A stretch of DNA of 64,000 nucleotides, taken from the IMG/VR virus record IMGVR_UViG_3300020045_011333, positions 64,001 through 128,000 of that record; one strand, 5' to 3'. The notes below the pieces were generated by a model. That model saw only the letters and a program-made list of their open reading frames with translations, was not told the DNA's origin and searched no databases. The translations under genes were made by a program, and so were the position numbers. Source of the DNA: a virus. Each line of letters starts with the position of its first letter. Position 1 is the stretch's first letter. Below, piece after piece: positions 23,730-34,763 of this stretch.

Positions 23730-26700
23730 ATGGCTGATACATTTTCCTTGCGCTTCGAAATTGACGCCTCCCGCGCCGAAGCGGGAGCTAAGAAATTCGT
23801 ATCAGCCATCGCTTCTGTCAATAAATCTCTTGACGCTATGGATGCAAAGGCTAAAGCTGCTTTTGACAAACTCATGGCTGGTGGCTCTTCTGGAGGCGAT
23901 TTCACTAAGCTTGCTAAAGACCTTGGTAGATTAAATAGTGTAAATATAAATCCTGCTGCCGTCAAGAGTATTAATAGCATTGGAACAGCTTTCAAAAATC
24001 TGAAGGCCCCGAGCCAAGCCTCCATCAAAAACATCACATCATTTGCTAACACCATCCCCGGCCTGCTAAACAGTTTTAATGTTAGCGGGAACTTTGCTGA
24101 TTCTTTAAATAAGATTAGTTCGGCAATGGGAGGATTTAAAGTTCCTAGCCAAGGTAAAGTTGATGCTTTGAAAAGCTTTGGCACGGCGATTCAGCAAATT
24201 GCTCCTTCACTTCGCATCGCAGGAAATTTCGCAGGGATTGCTAAACTAGGAGAGGTCTTAGGAGGCTTTAAAGCCCCATCTGAGAAGGCTGTTAGTAATA
24301 TGAGAGCATTCTTCAATGCTCTGAACAACAGCGCTGCAAAGGCTTCTATAAGCGGAGGTTTGGTTAATGGTATTGTTAACCTAAGTGGTGCTATGGCTGG
24401 CATGAAATCACCTAGCGCTGGAAGTGTTAAAAACTTGAGAGATATGTTTGCTGCACTAGCTACGTTTAAGCCAGTAGGTGGAACAGGTTCTATTAGCCAA
24501 ATTACACAAGCCTTCGCTAATTTCAAAGGCCCAACTGCGGCACAAACAAAAAATCTTCGTGAATTCGTAACTATGCTAGGAACTTTAAAAGTTCCAGCTA
24601 ACGCGGCTCAGATTGCGCATTACCTTGAGTTGATAGGTGCTGCGGCCACTCGTGCCAATGCTTCGATGCATAATTTCCGAAATACTCTTGGCGGTTTAGG
24701 TGGAGCGGGTGGAGGATTTAATAGTTCTGCTGCTAGCATGACTACTAATCTTCGTGGCTTAGAAAACGCTTTTAGCGGAACGTTCCAAGCCGCATCTGTA
24801 TTTCGCACCATGATTGGTTCTATTACTTTAGGTACTTTATCTAAGTCTATTTATGATGCTAACACGGCTTTCCAAGCTTTTAAAAGTACAATGAGTGCTG
24901 CTACTGGTGGAGATATTCAAAAAACTGGCGAAGAGATGCGTTATACTGAAGATATGGCTAATAGGCTTGGTCAACGCATTCAGGACATTCAAGAATCTTA
25001 CGCTAGCTTCTCAATTTCAGCTAACCTAGCGGGTGTATCTCAAGATCAAACTAGAAAAATATTTGAAGCAACTGTAACTGCTATGACAGTACTACATCGT
25101 AGTTCTGATCGTACTAAGCTTGCTTTACTGGCTCTTGAACAGATGATGTCAAAAGGAACTATAAGTTCAGAAGAATTACGTAGACAGTTAGGTGAGCAAC
25201 TCCCAGGAAGTGTTAACTTAATGGCTCGCGCATTGGGTGTAGGTACTGATGAGCTTCAGAATATGCTTAAAGCTGGCTCTGTTCTATCTGCTGATGCTCT
25301 TCCTAAATTTGCGGAAGAAATACAAAGAACTTTCGGTGGTTCTTTAGAAGCTGCTCTGAATAACGCGGTTTCACAGTTTAATCTTCTTTATAACGCAGTT
25401 TATAGTCTTCAAATTGTGATGGGCCAAAGCGGAGCTATGCAAGCTTTAGCAGGAGCTTTTGAAAAAGTTAAGGATGCTATATCAGCACCAGAATTTGTAA
25501 CTTTCTCTTCACAATTTGGCGAACGTACAGCAAAAGTAATTACTGTTTTAGGCGATTCATTTGCTTACTTAGTTAAAAATATCGATACAGTTGTTTTTGC
25601 TTTAAAACTTCTATTAGCTTATAAAATAGGAGGATTTATTCAAGCTTTGTTAGGGGGTTTTGTAAGCTTAAGAGGAGCTTTAGTTGCTGGTGCGGCTGGT
25701 TTAACAGCGTTCAGAGCAGCATTAGCTGGAACCGTACCATTAGCTGTGGCTGCTAGAACTGCTATTGTAGGTTTATCCGCTGGCTCTATAGCTCTAACAG
25801 CTTTGAGTGGACCATTAGGTGCCGTGATATTTGGATTAGGTGTATTAGCAACTGCTTGGTTTACTTCGGGTGAAAAAGCAGAAGAATTTAATACAGTAGT
25901 AGATCAATCTAAAGCTTCTCTGGATAGGTATAAAGATTCTGTTGCAGAATATTCAACAATGCAAATTGTTAATGAACAGCAAAAAGTTAAACAAGCTATG
26001 TTGGATAGTCAACAAGTTGCTGCTAAAGCTGCTGCTGAAGTACAAAAATTGTCTGCTTCAAACGGTAGAGGTGCGGGTGGAGGATCTGAATTTACTGGTG
26101 TATTGAAACAATTTAGAGAAGTAGAAAAAGTTGTAAAAGCAACCGGTGGAAGCTACGCCGACTTTGCTAGACAATTAGCAGAAACACATTTTGCTACAGC
26201 CGAAGCCCAAAATTTTGCTAAGGCTATTATTGGTATGGCGGGCGCTCAAGACCAATCTTCAAGAACAACTGAATACGGAAATCAAAAATTACAAATATTG
26301 GATGGCACATTTAAAAGTATGAATTCTGCTAACGCCGTTACGCAAATGAATAATGTTGCTAGCGCTGCATCCGGCATGGCTGAAGCTGTAGTTTCTGCTG
26401 CAAATAAAGTTGTTGAAGCTAATGCAGCAATGAATCTCTCAAATGCGCAACAAACAATGTCTAAAGAATTTGTTGATATTTATAAACAAAATAAAGAAGC
26501 TTTAGCTAGCATTGATTCTTCGGAAAATAGTATTTCTGATAAATTAATGCTTCGTACAGACCAGAATTTAGCTTATAAAAAATCTTACGATGCAATAACT
26601 GCTTATGCAAATGAATTAGCAGGCATTCATAAAAAAATGGAAGGCCAAAAAGGCGCTCAAGAAATTATTGAAAAAATGGGTGACGCGGCGAGCGCTGCTC

Positions 26701-28010
26701 AACAAAAAATTGCTGATGCAAGAAAAGAATTAGAAAAGTTTAATAAAAATTCTGAGGGAATGGACCCCAATAGAAGAGCAAACGCGCAGGCTCAACTACA
26801 AGAAAAAATTAAAGAAGCCGAAGAAGCCGCTAAACCAAAAGTAACTACAGGCGGCGGCGGCGGCGTAACTAAAAACTATGATTCTGACACTAAAGCTTTA
26901 ATCCTTTATAAAAAAGAAGTAGGTGATTTAGATAAAAGATTGAAAAATCATACTATTACTTTAGATGCTTATAATCTAGAAATGGAAAAAATTAAAACGA
27001 AATATGCCGGGACTTCAGTTGCGGCAGAAGGCCTTGTTGCGAGTTATGAAAAACTTAATGCTGAATTAATGCCAATGTCTACAGCTTCTGATGAATTTGC
27101 TAAAAAATTACAGATTCTAAATGATGCTAAAGAGGCTGGTATTGTAAAAGGTGATCAGTACACAGAAATGTTATTGCGTCTTCGTAAAGCATATTCTGAT
27201 TCTGGATCAGGTGGTTCTGGAAATTCATGGATTGATGGTATCAACAAGGGCTTAACTGATCTTACCAAAACTTCTGATGACTTCGTTAATGATGTTGCTG
27301 GTGCTGTGACTAATGCTTTCAACGGTCTTGAGGATGCGTTAACAGAATGGGTTACGACCGGGAAAATGGACTTTAAAAGCTTAGCTTCTAGTATTCTAAG
27401 TGATGTAGCAAGAATTGTTATCCGTTACACTATTATTCAACCTATCATCCAAGCTCTTTCAAGTATAATGGGAAGTATGGGCCTTGGGGGAAGCATTGGG
27501 GGAAGTGCTGGTGGAATATCAGGGGGAGCTTCATCGGGTGTTAATATATTTAGCGCTAAAGGAAATGCATTTAATTCAGGAAAATTAGTACCTTTTGCTA
27601 AAGGGGGCTTGACAAACGGTGGAAACAGTGGTATAGTAAATGCTCCAACTTTATTTGAAATGTCAGGAAGTAAAACTGGCATGATGGGAGAAGCGGGACC
27701 AGAAGGCATTTTACCTCTTAAAAGAAATTCTAAAGGTGAATTGGGTGTCTCTGCTAGTGGTTCGGTTCAAGCCGCTTCTTCTAATGTTTTAGTTCAACCA
27801 AAAGTTAATGTTAGCGTCATCAATAATGGCGGCAATAGTGAAGCTACGGTTCAATCTAAGCAGAATTCAGACGGTTCACTTGATATCAACGTAATCCTAG
27901 ACCAAATGAAAGCGGCTGTTGCCGGTGACATTTCCAAAGGCGGTACTGGTTTAAACAAAGCTTTTGAAAGCCGTTACGGAGCTAATCCCGCCGTAGGTAA
28001 TAAGAGATAA
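23730..28010 (+). CDS. tape measure protein
   Basis: 1426 aa, helical and Ala/Gly-rich; tape-measure core (ALEQMMSKG.ISSEELRRQLGEQLPG); lambda-type C-terminus (AFNGLEDAL.EWV.TGK.DFKSLA; GEAGPEGILPL). Confidence 0.95.
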   Translation: MADTFSLRFEIDASRAEAGAKKFVSAIASVNKSLDAMDAKAKAAFDKLMAGGSSGGDFTKLAKDLGRLNSVNINPAAVKSINSIGTAFKNLKAPSQASIKNITSFANTIPGLLNSFNVSGNFADSLNKISSAMGGFKVPSQGKVDALKSFGTAIQQIAPSLRIAGNFAGIAKLGEVLGGFKAPSEKAVSNMRAFFNALNNSAAKASISGGLVNGIVNLSGAMAGMKSPSAGSVKNLRDMFAALATFKPVGGTGSISQITQAFANFKGPTAAQTKNLREFVTMLGTLKVPANAAQIAHYLELIGAAATRANASMHNFRNTLGGLGGAGGGFNSSAASMTTNLRGLENAFSGTFQAASVFRTMIGSITLGTLSKSIYDANTAFQAFKSTMSAATGGDIQKTGEEMRYTEDMANRLGQRIQDIQESYASFSISANLAGVSQDQTRKIFEATVTAMTVLHRSSDRTKLALLALEQMMSKGTISSEELRRQLGEQLPGSVNLMARALGVGTDELQNMLKAGSVLSADALPKFAEEIQRTFGGSLEAALNNAVSQFNLLYNAVYSLQIVMGQSGAMQALAGAFEKVKDAISAPEFVTFSSQFGERTAKVITVLGDSFAYLVKNIDTVVFALKLLLAYKIGGFIQALLGGFVSLRGALVAGAAGLTAFRAALAGTVPLAVAARTAIVGLSAGSIALTALSGPLGAVIFGLGVLATAWFTSGEKAEEFNTVVDQSKASLDRYKDSVAEYSTMQIVNEQQKVKQAMLDSQQVAAKAAAEVQKLSASNGRGAGGGSEFTGVLKQFREVEKVVKATGGSYADFARQLAETHFATAEAQNFAKAIIGMAGAQDQSSRTTEYGNQKLQILDGTFKSMNSANAVTQMNNVASAASGMAEAVVSAANKVVEANAAMNLSNAQQTMSKEFVDIYKQNKEALASIDSSENSISDKLMLRTDQNLAYKKSYDAITAYANELAGIHKKMEGQKGAQEIIEKMGDAASAAQQKIADARKELEKFNKNSEGMDPNRRANAQAQLQEKIKEAEEAAKPKVTTGGGGGVTKNYDSDTKALILYKKEVGDLDKRLKNHTITLDAYNLEMEKIKTKYAGTSVAAEGLVASYEKLNAELMPMSTASDEFAKKLQILNDAKEAGIVKGDQYTEMLLRLRKAYSDSGSGGSGNSWIDGINKGLTDLTKTSDDFVNDVAGAVTNAFNGLEDALTEWVTTGKMDFKSLASSILSDVARIVIRYTIIQPIIQALSSIMGSMGLGGSIGGSAGGISGGASSGVNIFSAKGNAFNSGKLVPFAKGGLTNGGNSGIVNAPTLFEMSGSKTGMMGEAGPEGILPLKRNSKGELGVSASGSVQAASSNVLVQPKVNVSVINNGGNSEATVQSKQNSDGSLDINVILDQMKAAVAGDISKGGTGLNKAFESRYGANPAVGNKR

Positions 28011-28013
28011 TAA

Positions 28014-28499
28014 ATGGCAGAAATTTGGCCCGAAGCATTAAATTACGTTCTGGATCGCGGTAGTTTTTCTATCGAGGAACAGGACGTGGCTCGCTCTGAT
28101 TTTGATGATGGACCAGCTTTAGTCAGAACTAGATTTACTAATACTACGACTATGTATAATGGAACAATTACTTTAACTGATTCTGAATTCAATTTGTTTA
28201 GAGGATTCTACAAAAATGCCCTAGCTTCAGGATCAAGATGGTTTTCCATTCCGCTTTGGGAAGGTACTGATTATTCAGTTCATAAAGTTAGATTTAAAGA
28301 ACCTTATCAGATTAGGGACGAAGGTTGGAATCAGTATACCTTAGGAATTAAATTAGAGGTAAGGGATTACGCCACATATTCAATTTTTGCCTCTTATTTA
28401 ATTGGATTATACGGAGTAGATTTTGTTATAAATGAAATGGCTGATCCGCTTCAAATTATTATAAACATTGATTATCCACAAGTAATGATGAATTATTAA
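28014..28499 (+). CDS. distal tail protein
   Basis: Follows the TMP; RSDFDDGPALVRTRF...F.GFY...L..GSRWF. Confidence 0.7.
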   Translation: MAEIWPEALNYVLDRGSFSIEEQDVARSDFDDGPALVRTRFTNTTTMYNGTITLTDSEFNLFRGFYKNALASGSRWFSIPLWEGTDYSVHKVRFKEPYQIRDEGWNQYTLGIKLEVRDYATYSIFASYLIGLYGVDFVINEMADPLQIIINIDYPQVMMNY

Positions 28500-29077
28500 T
28501 GACAACATCTGATGATATTTGGGGTCAAGCGATTCAAGAAGCTTATGCTAGCGCCCCCCTAGAAGAAGTAATATTATATACATTAGAACTACGTCACCCC
28601 TCATTTGTGAATGAAGATGACGTAGTGCAACCTATTAGGTTAGTCCGAGATTATGGGGAACTTTTAGAAGAAGGTGAGCCTGATATTTACGGCTGGAATC
28701 TAACTTTAGAGAACGAAGCTCCGCTAAATGGAGGAGAGCTTGTTAAATTTGTCTCTATGATGTTTGACTTTGAACTTCCGGCCCAACAAGAGGGATCGCT
28801 CCCAAGTATTGAAATTAAAATTGATAATATCACTAGAGAAGTCTCTAAATATTTAGATGATTCAGTGGAATTAAATTCTCCAATTGAATTAACATATAGA
28901 GAATTTTTGATGACCGAACCTAATGAACCACAATTTGTTCTTAATGGAATGACGATTCAATCAGTTAAATCAAACATAACTAGCGTTACAGCTACTGCTA
29001 GTTTTGCCGATTTTGTTAATAGAAATTTTCCATCGAAACTTTATCGCCCCCAAGACTTCAGAGGCTTGATTAAATAA
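28499..29077 (+). CDS. tail tip hub protein (DUF1833/gpL-like)
   Basis: EAYASAP...LYTLELRHP...IRLVRD...F.FELP...I.IDNI. Confidence 0.8.
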   Translation: MTTSDDIWGQAIQEAYASAPLEEVILYTLELRHPSFVNEDDVVQPIRLVRDYGELLEEGEPDIYGWNLTLENEAPLNGGELVKFVSMMFDFELPAQQEGSLPSIEIKIDNITREVSKYLDDSVELNSPIELTYREFLMTEPNEPQFVLNGMTIQSVKSNITSVTATASFADFVNRNFPSKLYRPQDFRGLIK

Positions 29078-29490
29078 TGATTGACATTGTTGAGGTAGTA
29101 GAGAACGTTCTTGGTGTTAGGTATGAGTCTGGGTCAATGGGACCGAAGACTTTTGATTGTTGGGGATTAGTTAGATATATTCAGAGAGAAGGTTTTGGTC
29201 GCGATCTTCAAAGCATTGTTCCTCCTTCGGAAAATGTAAGAGAATTAATTAAATTTATAAGAGCGCATCCTGAACACAAGAACTGGAAAAAGTCGGATGT
29301 CCCGGTGCATGGTGGTTTAGTTGAAATGTCAAATTCAACACATCCGCATCACATCGGCGTTTATTTGGATATTGATGGGGGTGGGATAGTCCATTGCTCC
29401 GTAGCTGGCGTAACTTTTGATCCTGTGATTGCTTTGACGTGTTCCGGTTGGAGAAGTTTAATATACTACGAGTACGTTAAGAATGATTGA
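29077..29490 (+). CDS. NlpC/P60 tail assembly protein (gpK-like)
   Basis: GP..FDCWGLV...HIGVYL...GG.VHC. Confidence 0.85.
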   Translation: MIDIVEVVENVLGVRYESGSMGPKTFDCWGLVRYIQREGFGRDLQSIVPPSENVRELIKFIRAHPEHKNWKKSDVPVHGGLVEMSNSTHPHHIGVYLDIDGGGIVHCSVAGVTFDPVIALTCSGWRSLIYYEYVKND

Positions 29491-32400
29491 ATATAATTCC
29501 CTAATTGGCAATTTTAAAAAAATAGACTACCATTGCGGTGAAACTTATTACGAAGTTGCTGATAGATTAGGTGCGCCTTATAATTCCCAACCAATTGTAT
29601 GTATAAGAAATGGTGAACCGGTCCTAAGAAAAGATTGGGACAAGCCGCTAGGAATGGCTAAAGATCAAATAAGCTTTGTTCAAATTCCTCGCGGCGGGGG
29701 CAGCGGAATGTTGAAAAATATTCTTAGAACTATCGCGTTGATTGCGCTCGCTGTAGCCGTCCCTTATTTAGGGATACCAGCAATGCTAGGCGTTGGAGCA
29801 GGCATTGGAGCTAACTTAATTAATGCCGGTATTATCTTAGCTGGTACATTTCTTATAAATGCTTTCATGACACCTAAAGCACCAGCTTTATCAAATAATA
29901 CTTCTTTGGAAGCTAGTCCCACTTACAGTTTAGGTGCCTCAGGCAATCAAGCGCGTCTATTAAACCCCATCCCAAGGCTTTATGGCACTCATATTTTATA
30001 TCCAGATTTTGCTTCACAACCTTATCAAAGTTATGAGAATAACGAACAATACCTATATCAGTTATTCTGTTTAGGGGTAGGCGAATATGACCTTAAATCT
30101 ATTAGTATTGCCGAAACAGAATTATGGAATAGTACGTCTGGCATAAGTGGATCATTTAACGATGTGGAGTTAGAAATAATTCCTCCCGGTAATAGTGTTA
30201 CTTTGTTTCCTTCTAATGTCATAAGTTCGGCTGAAGTTTCTGGACAAGAACTTCGCAATGAACCTGCCCTTGTGTCTGTAACTATTTCGGGTAATAGAGT
30301 GACTTTCACTGAGAGTCTATTCAAGGTCGAGTACTTGGCTCCCGGCGATAAAATGCTGATTGTATATCCAGACAACACTCCTATTGGTGTGTTTACTATA
30401 ACAGACTTAGATGTTGTAGGAAAAATGTGGATTGAATTTAATACCATATTTCCAACTCAGTCAACTCCTGTAGTAAGAGGTTTTATTCTTGATGGATGGG
30501 TAGGCCCATTCGTAGCCAATCCAAGTAATAGAGCTACGAATCAATTAAAAATTGATGTGGTACTTCCTCGTGGTTTATTTTATGCTAACGACGAAGGAGG
30601 ATATAACAACGACTCTTTGAGTTATATAGTGCAAATTAGGCCTATAAATAATTTAGGTGTGCCACTTAGTGATTACGTTACTGTGTTAACAGAAACAATT
30701 ACTCTAGCCACGCCCACACCTCAAAGATTCACAAAAACTATTGACGTTTCACTAGGACGTTATGAAGTTAGAATGCAAAGAACTGACGGTAAGGAACACG
30801 ATTCTAGATATGGTAATGATCTTAATTGGCAGTCCCTAAGAGCCTTCATCCCCGATGATAATACATATGAAGATGTAACTCTTCTAGCTATGAAAATTAG
30901 AGCCTCAAATCAGCTTAGCAGTCAAAGCTCTACTCAAGTTAATACAGTACAGACCGCTAAAATTCCGGTTTGGAATGGCTCTACTTGGTCAGGCCCTCAA
31001 GCGACTGCAAGTCCTGCTTGGGCGGCTGCGGATGTATTAAGAAATACTGTATATGGCGCTGGTATGGCTGATGAGAGTATTGATCTAGCCAAGCTATTAG
31101 ATTTAGATGCTACTTATACAGCTAGAGGAGACAAGTTTAACGGTGTATTTGATACTACGCAAACTCTTTGGGAAGCTTTAAGCTCTGTATTAGCTTCGGT
31201 AAGAACGCAACCTATATTAGTTGCTGGTGTAGTTACGTTTGTCAGGGATCAGCCTAGATCACTGGCTAGAACTGTTATTACTCCTCAATCTATTCTTAAA
31301 AATTCATTCGAAACAACTCATATTCAAAAAGGCGCTGATAGTGCTGATGATGTTATTGTAGAATTTTTAGATGAAAATACATGGGAAGAGACAGAAGTTC
31401 AGTGTACTCTACCGGGATCAACTTCCTCACAACCAGCTAGAATTAAGATTTTTGGTGTAACCAATATATCTCAAGCTTGGCGCGAAGGTATGTATTATGC
31501 AGCTTCCAATTCATACAGACGAGTTTTAGCTACTGTTTCTACTGAATGTGACGGCAGATTACTTTTAAAAGGTGATCCGGTTATTGTTAGCCATGATATG
31601 CTGCAATGGTCACAAAGTGGGTATGTCATGGACTATCTCTCATTAGAAAAATCTTTGATTGTGGATCGGCCAGTAATTTTTGATGATACTAATCAAAACT
31701 ATATCTCTCTGAGAAGAAAAGATGGGAAAGAATTTGGTCCTATCGAGGTGTCTTCGAACGGGTATGAGAACGAGATAGTTTTAGATTCTGCTTCACTCAA
31801 TGCTGCGGAAATATCTCTGGGACTGACTTTAGCTGAAGTATTATCTATTGATGATGAAGCTAAACGTACAACATTTATCATGTATGATAGTGAAAGGTAC
31901 AAGAAGAAATTTCTTGTCGTAGGCTCCACTATGAGAGACATGAATAAAGTTGACCTTTCTTTAGCTATTGATGATCCAAGAGTTTATAGTGCAGATACTG
32001 GCATTCCTCCTGAAGGTGTTTCTTATCTAGGGCCGGGAGTTATTCCTGATGGGCCAAGTATGGGAGCTGTTTCTGTTTACCAATCACCATCTAGTCTTGC
32101 TGATCCAGTAACTCTTATAGTTTCTTGGGCCGCTGCTACAGGTGCAACAAGATACGTATCACAGTACTCCTATGATAATATTTCATGGGTTCCAGCTTAT
32201 AATGGAATTGATACTAGTTATGTACTAGTTGTCAACTCTGGTGAGGTATATATTAGAACAGCCGCCATTGGCTCAGTATTAGGGCCTTGGTCCTATATTA
32301 ATCCTATGCCACAGAATTTTGGAACGCCTTCCTTACTGCCCGGAACGGTTTCTGATCTTAATGTTGAGGCAAGTGTTACAACTGGTACTCTCGAAATTTC

Positions 32401-33001
32401 TTATAACGTAGCGGCTCGTGCCTCATCATACGAAGTTAGGGTTTATACAGAATCGGTAGTCGGTAGTGGTACATTTGACACATTAGAATTAACTAAGAAT
32501 ACAAGCGGTAACTTTGTGTCATTTGTTTCTTCAGAAGTAATTGCCGCTGGTGGCGCGTGGTCACGTATTCAAGTTAATGTATATTCTATAAATGTCAATG
32601 GCTATAGTACACCCGCTATACAACAAGTTCTTGATATTTCGTTGGATGCAATCACAGGACTAGCACTAACAAATCCATACGGAGGCGTTGAAGCATCGAT
32701 CCAATGGAATATAGTTTCGGGAGCCAATTCTTATAGAGTGAAAATTTATAACAACGTAAGCATTCTGGTTAGAGAAATTTCTGTATCCACCAATTCTTAT
32801 TATTATAGTAATGATCAATTAACGAGTGATGGCGGACCTTGGGGAGCATTTAGTGTGAAAGTAAATGCAGAAGCCTCAGCATTAATTGGACCTCAATCAA
32901 CACTTAATATTGTTAATCCAGCATATCCTACATTATATACACCAACTAGTACTACATTTGGGTTCCCTTCGGAACCTACAAGAGCAACAATGACTGTTTA
33001 A
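29483..33001 (+). CDS. central tail tip/host-specificity protein (gpI+gpJ-like)
   Basis: NQARLLNPIPRLYG...YPDFA; GRYEVRMQR; SPAWAAADVL; FNGVFD; C-terminal FN3-like repeats. Confidence 0.88.
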   Translation: MIEYNSLIGNFKKIDYHCGETYYEVADRLGAPYNSQPIVCIRNGEPVLRKDWDKPLGMAKDQISFVQIPRGGGSGMLKNILRTIALIALAVAVPYLGIPAMLGVGAGIGANLINAGIILAGTFLINAFMTPKAPALSNNTSLEASPTYSLGASGNQARLLNPIPRLYGTHILYPDFASQPYQSYENNEQYLYQLFCLGVGEYDLKSISIAETELWNSTSGISGSFNDVELEIIPPGNSVTLFPSNVISSAEVSGQELRNEPALVSVTISGNRVTFTESLFKVEYLAPGDKMLIVYPDNTPIGVFTITDLDVVGKMWIEFNTIFPTQSTPVVRGFILDGWVGPFVANPSNRATNQLKIDVVLPRGLFYANDEGGYNNDSLSYIVQIRPINNLGVPLSDYVTVLTETITLATPTPQRFTKTIDVSLGRYEVRMQRTDGKEHDSRYGNDLNWQSLRAFIPDDNTYEDVTLLAMKIRASNQLSSQSSTQVNTVQTAKIPVWNGSTWSGPQATASPAWAAADVLRNTVYGAGMADESIDLAKLLDLDATYTARGDKFNGVFDTTQTLWEALSSVLASVRTQPILVAGVVTFVRDQPRSLARTVITPQSILKNSFETTHIQKGADSADDVIVEFLDENTWEETEVQCTLPGSTSSQPARIKIFGVTNISQAWREGMYYAASNSYRRVLATVSTECDGRLLLKGDPVIVSHDMLQWSQSGYVMDYLSLEKSLIVDRPVIFDDTNQNYISLRRKDGKEFGPIEVSSNGYENEIVLDSASLNAAEISLGLTLAEVLSIDDEAKRTTFIMYDSERYKKKFLVVGSTMRDMNKVDLSLAIDDPRVYSADTGIPPEGVSYLGPGVIPDGPSMGAVSVYQSPSSLADPVTLIVSWAAATGATRYVSQYSYDNISWVPAYNGIDTSYVLVVNSGEVYIRTAAIGSVLGPWSYINPMPQNFGTPSLLPGTVSDLNVEASVTTGTLEISYNVAARASSYEVRVYTESVVGSGTFDTLELTKNTSGNFVSFVSSEVIAAGGAWSRIQVNVYSINVNGYSTPAIQQVLDISLDAITGLALTNPYGGVEASIQWNIVSGANSYRVKIYNNVSILVREISVSTNSYYYSNDQLTSDGGPWGAFSVKVNAEASALIGPQSTLNIVNPAYPTLYTPTSTTFGFPSEPTRATMTV

Positions 33002-33024
33002 TACATTAATATAGCGAGCTAAAA

Positions 33025-34191
33025 ATGGTGAATAAATTTTATCAAGGTAAAGTAAACAAGATTTCTGATAGTGATTTTAGAAGAATTGCTAAACAGTATG
33101 ATATCCCAGAAAGCCGCTTAAGAGCGGTAGTGGAAGTTGAAGCTCGTGGTTCAGGCTACTATGGAGCTACAGACTTGCTAACCGCCTTGTATGAACCACA
33201 TGTGGCTTATGCTCATAGTTCTGGCGAAGCCCGTAAAGCTCTTGTTTCTGCTGGTCTTGCCTATCCTAAGTGGAAGCGCGACTATCCAAAAACCAGTTAT
33301 GACAGAATTGATAAGGCTGCTAAAATAGCTGGTGAAGAAGTTGCTGCTTTAGCAACCTCGTGGGGCATGGGCCAGATCATGGGATTTAATCATGATGCTG
33401 TAGGATTTTCTACTGCACTTGAGATGGTTAAAAATTTTGCTGTTTCTGAAGCTAATCAAGTAGAAGGGATGTTGAAATTTATAACATCCAAGAAACTTCT
33501 TACCAAGTTAAAGAATGGTGATTGGAAAGGTTTTGCCTATGGTTATAATGGCGCTGGTTATGCTGAAAATAGTTACGACATTAAGCTAGCCGCCGCTGAC
33601 AAGAAATGGGCTGTAAAACTTAATAATAAAGATGTTCCTAATCAAACTGAACTACCTACTGTTCCTTCTATTACAAAAGGAGCTAAAGGCGAGGTTGTAA
33701 AATCTCTACAGCAAGGGCTTAAAGATTTAGGTTTTGATGTTACTGTTGATGGCGATTTTGGTGGACACACTGAAGAAATTGTTAAGCAATTTCAAGAACA
33801 AAACGGTTTAACTGTAGATGGTCAAGCCGGACCCGCCACGAGATTAAAGATTTCTGAAGCCTTAACGGCAAAATCTAAGGACGTAGCTAAAGCTAAAAAG
33901 ATCCCCGTTGCTTTCGTAACTAAACCAGAAGCTAAAGTTCTATTAGGAGAAACCGCTCAAGAACCTATTCTTGTTGAGCAAGAAGAGCTTGAGAAACCTG
34001 TGGGACGTACACGTCAATTTTGGTATTGGTTATCAACTCTTCCTCTTACAGGGGCGGCATCTTGGTTCCAAGACTGGCGCGTTCTTCTAGGAATTTTTGT
34101 AGCTATTGTTGTGTTAGCTATCTTTGGTATTTTGGCTCAAAATAAACTTATAACTACTTATAAGAATATTAAGAAAGCTTTAGAGGAATGA
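33025..34191 (+). CDS. endolysin: DUF3380 N-acetylmuramidase + peptidoglycan-binding domain + C-terminal TM
   Basis: AVVEVEARG...LYEPH...TSWGMGQIMGFN...FAYGYNG; V.SLQ.GL..LGF...VDGDFG..TE..VK.FQ. Confidence 0.9.
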   Translation: MVNKFYQGKVNKISDSDFRRIAKQYDIPESRLRAVVEVEARGSGYYGATDLLTALYEPHVAYAHSSGEARKALVSAGLAYPKWKRDYPKTSYDRIDKAAKIAGEEVAALATSWGMGQIMGFNHDAVGFSTALEMVKNFAVSEANQVEGMLKFITSKKLLTKLKNGDWKGFAYGYNGAGYAENSYDIKLAAADKKWAVKLNNKDVPNQTELPTVPSITKGAKGEVVKSLQQGLKDLGFDVTVDGDFGGHTEEIVKQFQEQNGLTVDGQAGPATRLKISEALTAKSKDVAKAKKIPVAFVTKPEAKVLLGETAQEPILVEQEELEKPVGRTRQFWYWLSTLPLTGAASWFQDWRVLLGIFVAIVVLAIFGILAQNKLITTYKNIKKALEE

Positions 34192-34192
34192 T

Positions 34193-34534
34193 ATGCTTGA
34201 CAAATTATTAATTTATGCTATGATAGGCATTTTAGTAGCTGGCGGTGCTGTCACTACTGTAATGTATACTAAGATTCAAACACAGAAAACAGCTATTCTC
34301 GAATTAACTATCGAACGTGATAATTTTAAAGCAGCTTATCAAGTTAAAGATTTAGAATTTAATAACTCTAAAGCAAGTCAAAACACTTTAAATGACTTAT
34401 ATATCAAAGAAAAAGAAGCTGCTGGACGAATGGCAGACGAATTAGAGGTAATTAGAAATGTCCCTGAAACCAATAATGGCCCTGTTGCTCCTGTCCTTAG
34501 TAATACCCTTGACAGGCTGCGGGACGATAATTAA
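34193..34534 (+). CDS. i-spanin (Rz-like)
   Basis: N-terminal TM followed by coiled coil; follows the endolysin. Confidence 0.75.
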   Translation: MLDKLLIYAMIGILVAGGAVTTVMYTKIQTQKTAILELTIERDNFKAAYQVKDLEFNNSKASQNTLNDLYIKEKEAAGRMADELEVIRNVPETNNGPVAPVLSNTLDRLRDDN

Positions 34535-34763
34535 ATACGAACCACTTATTTATACAGTCGAAGTTCCTGAAGCATTACGTACTTGTGCTTCTCTACCTCC
34601 TCGACCTAGCGGAACTTATACTCAAAGAGAAGTTTCTTTATTTATAGTAAGACTTGATAATGCTAGAAAAGATTGTAAAATTAAACTTGAAGAGCTAGTG
34701 AAATTAATAGACGTACAAAACCAAAACGCCCTTGAACTTAAAAACGAACGGACAAAGAAATAA
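34458..34763 (+). CDS. o-spanin lipoprotein (Rz1-like)
   Basis: LLLLSLVIPLTGC lipobox; Pro-rich; overlaps the i-spanin 3' end. Confidence 0.8.
   Translation: MSLKPIMALLLLSLVIPLTGCGTIIKYEPLIYTVEVPEALRTCASLPPRPSGTYTQREVSLFIVRLDNARKDCKIKLEELVKLIDVQNQNALELKNERTKK

Noticed and set aside
26850-26864. GGC repeat in the tape measure gene
   Set aside because: It encodes a simple Gly linker; no sign of phase variation
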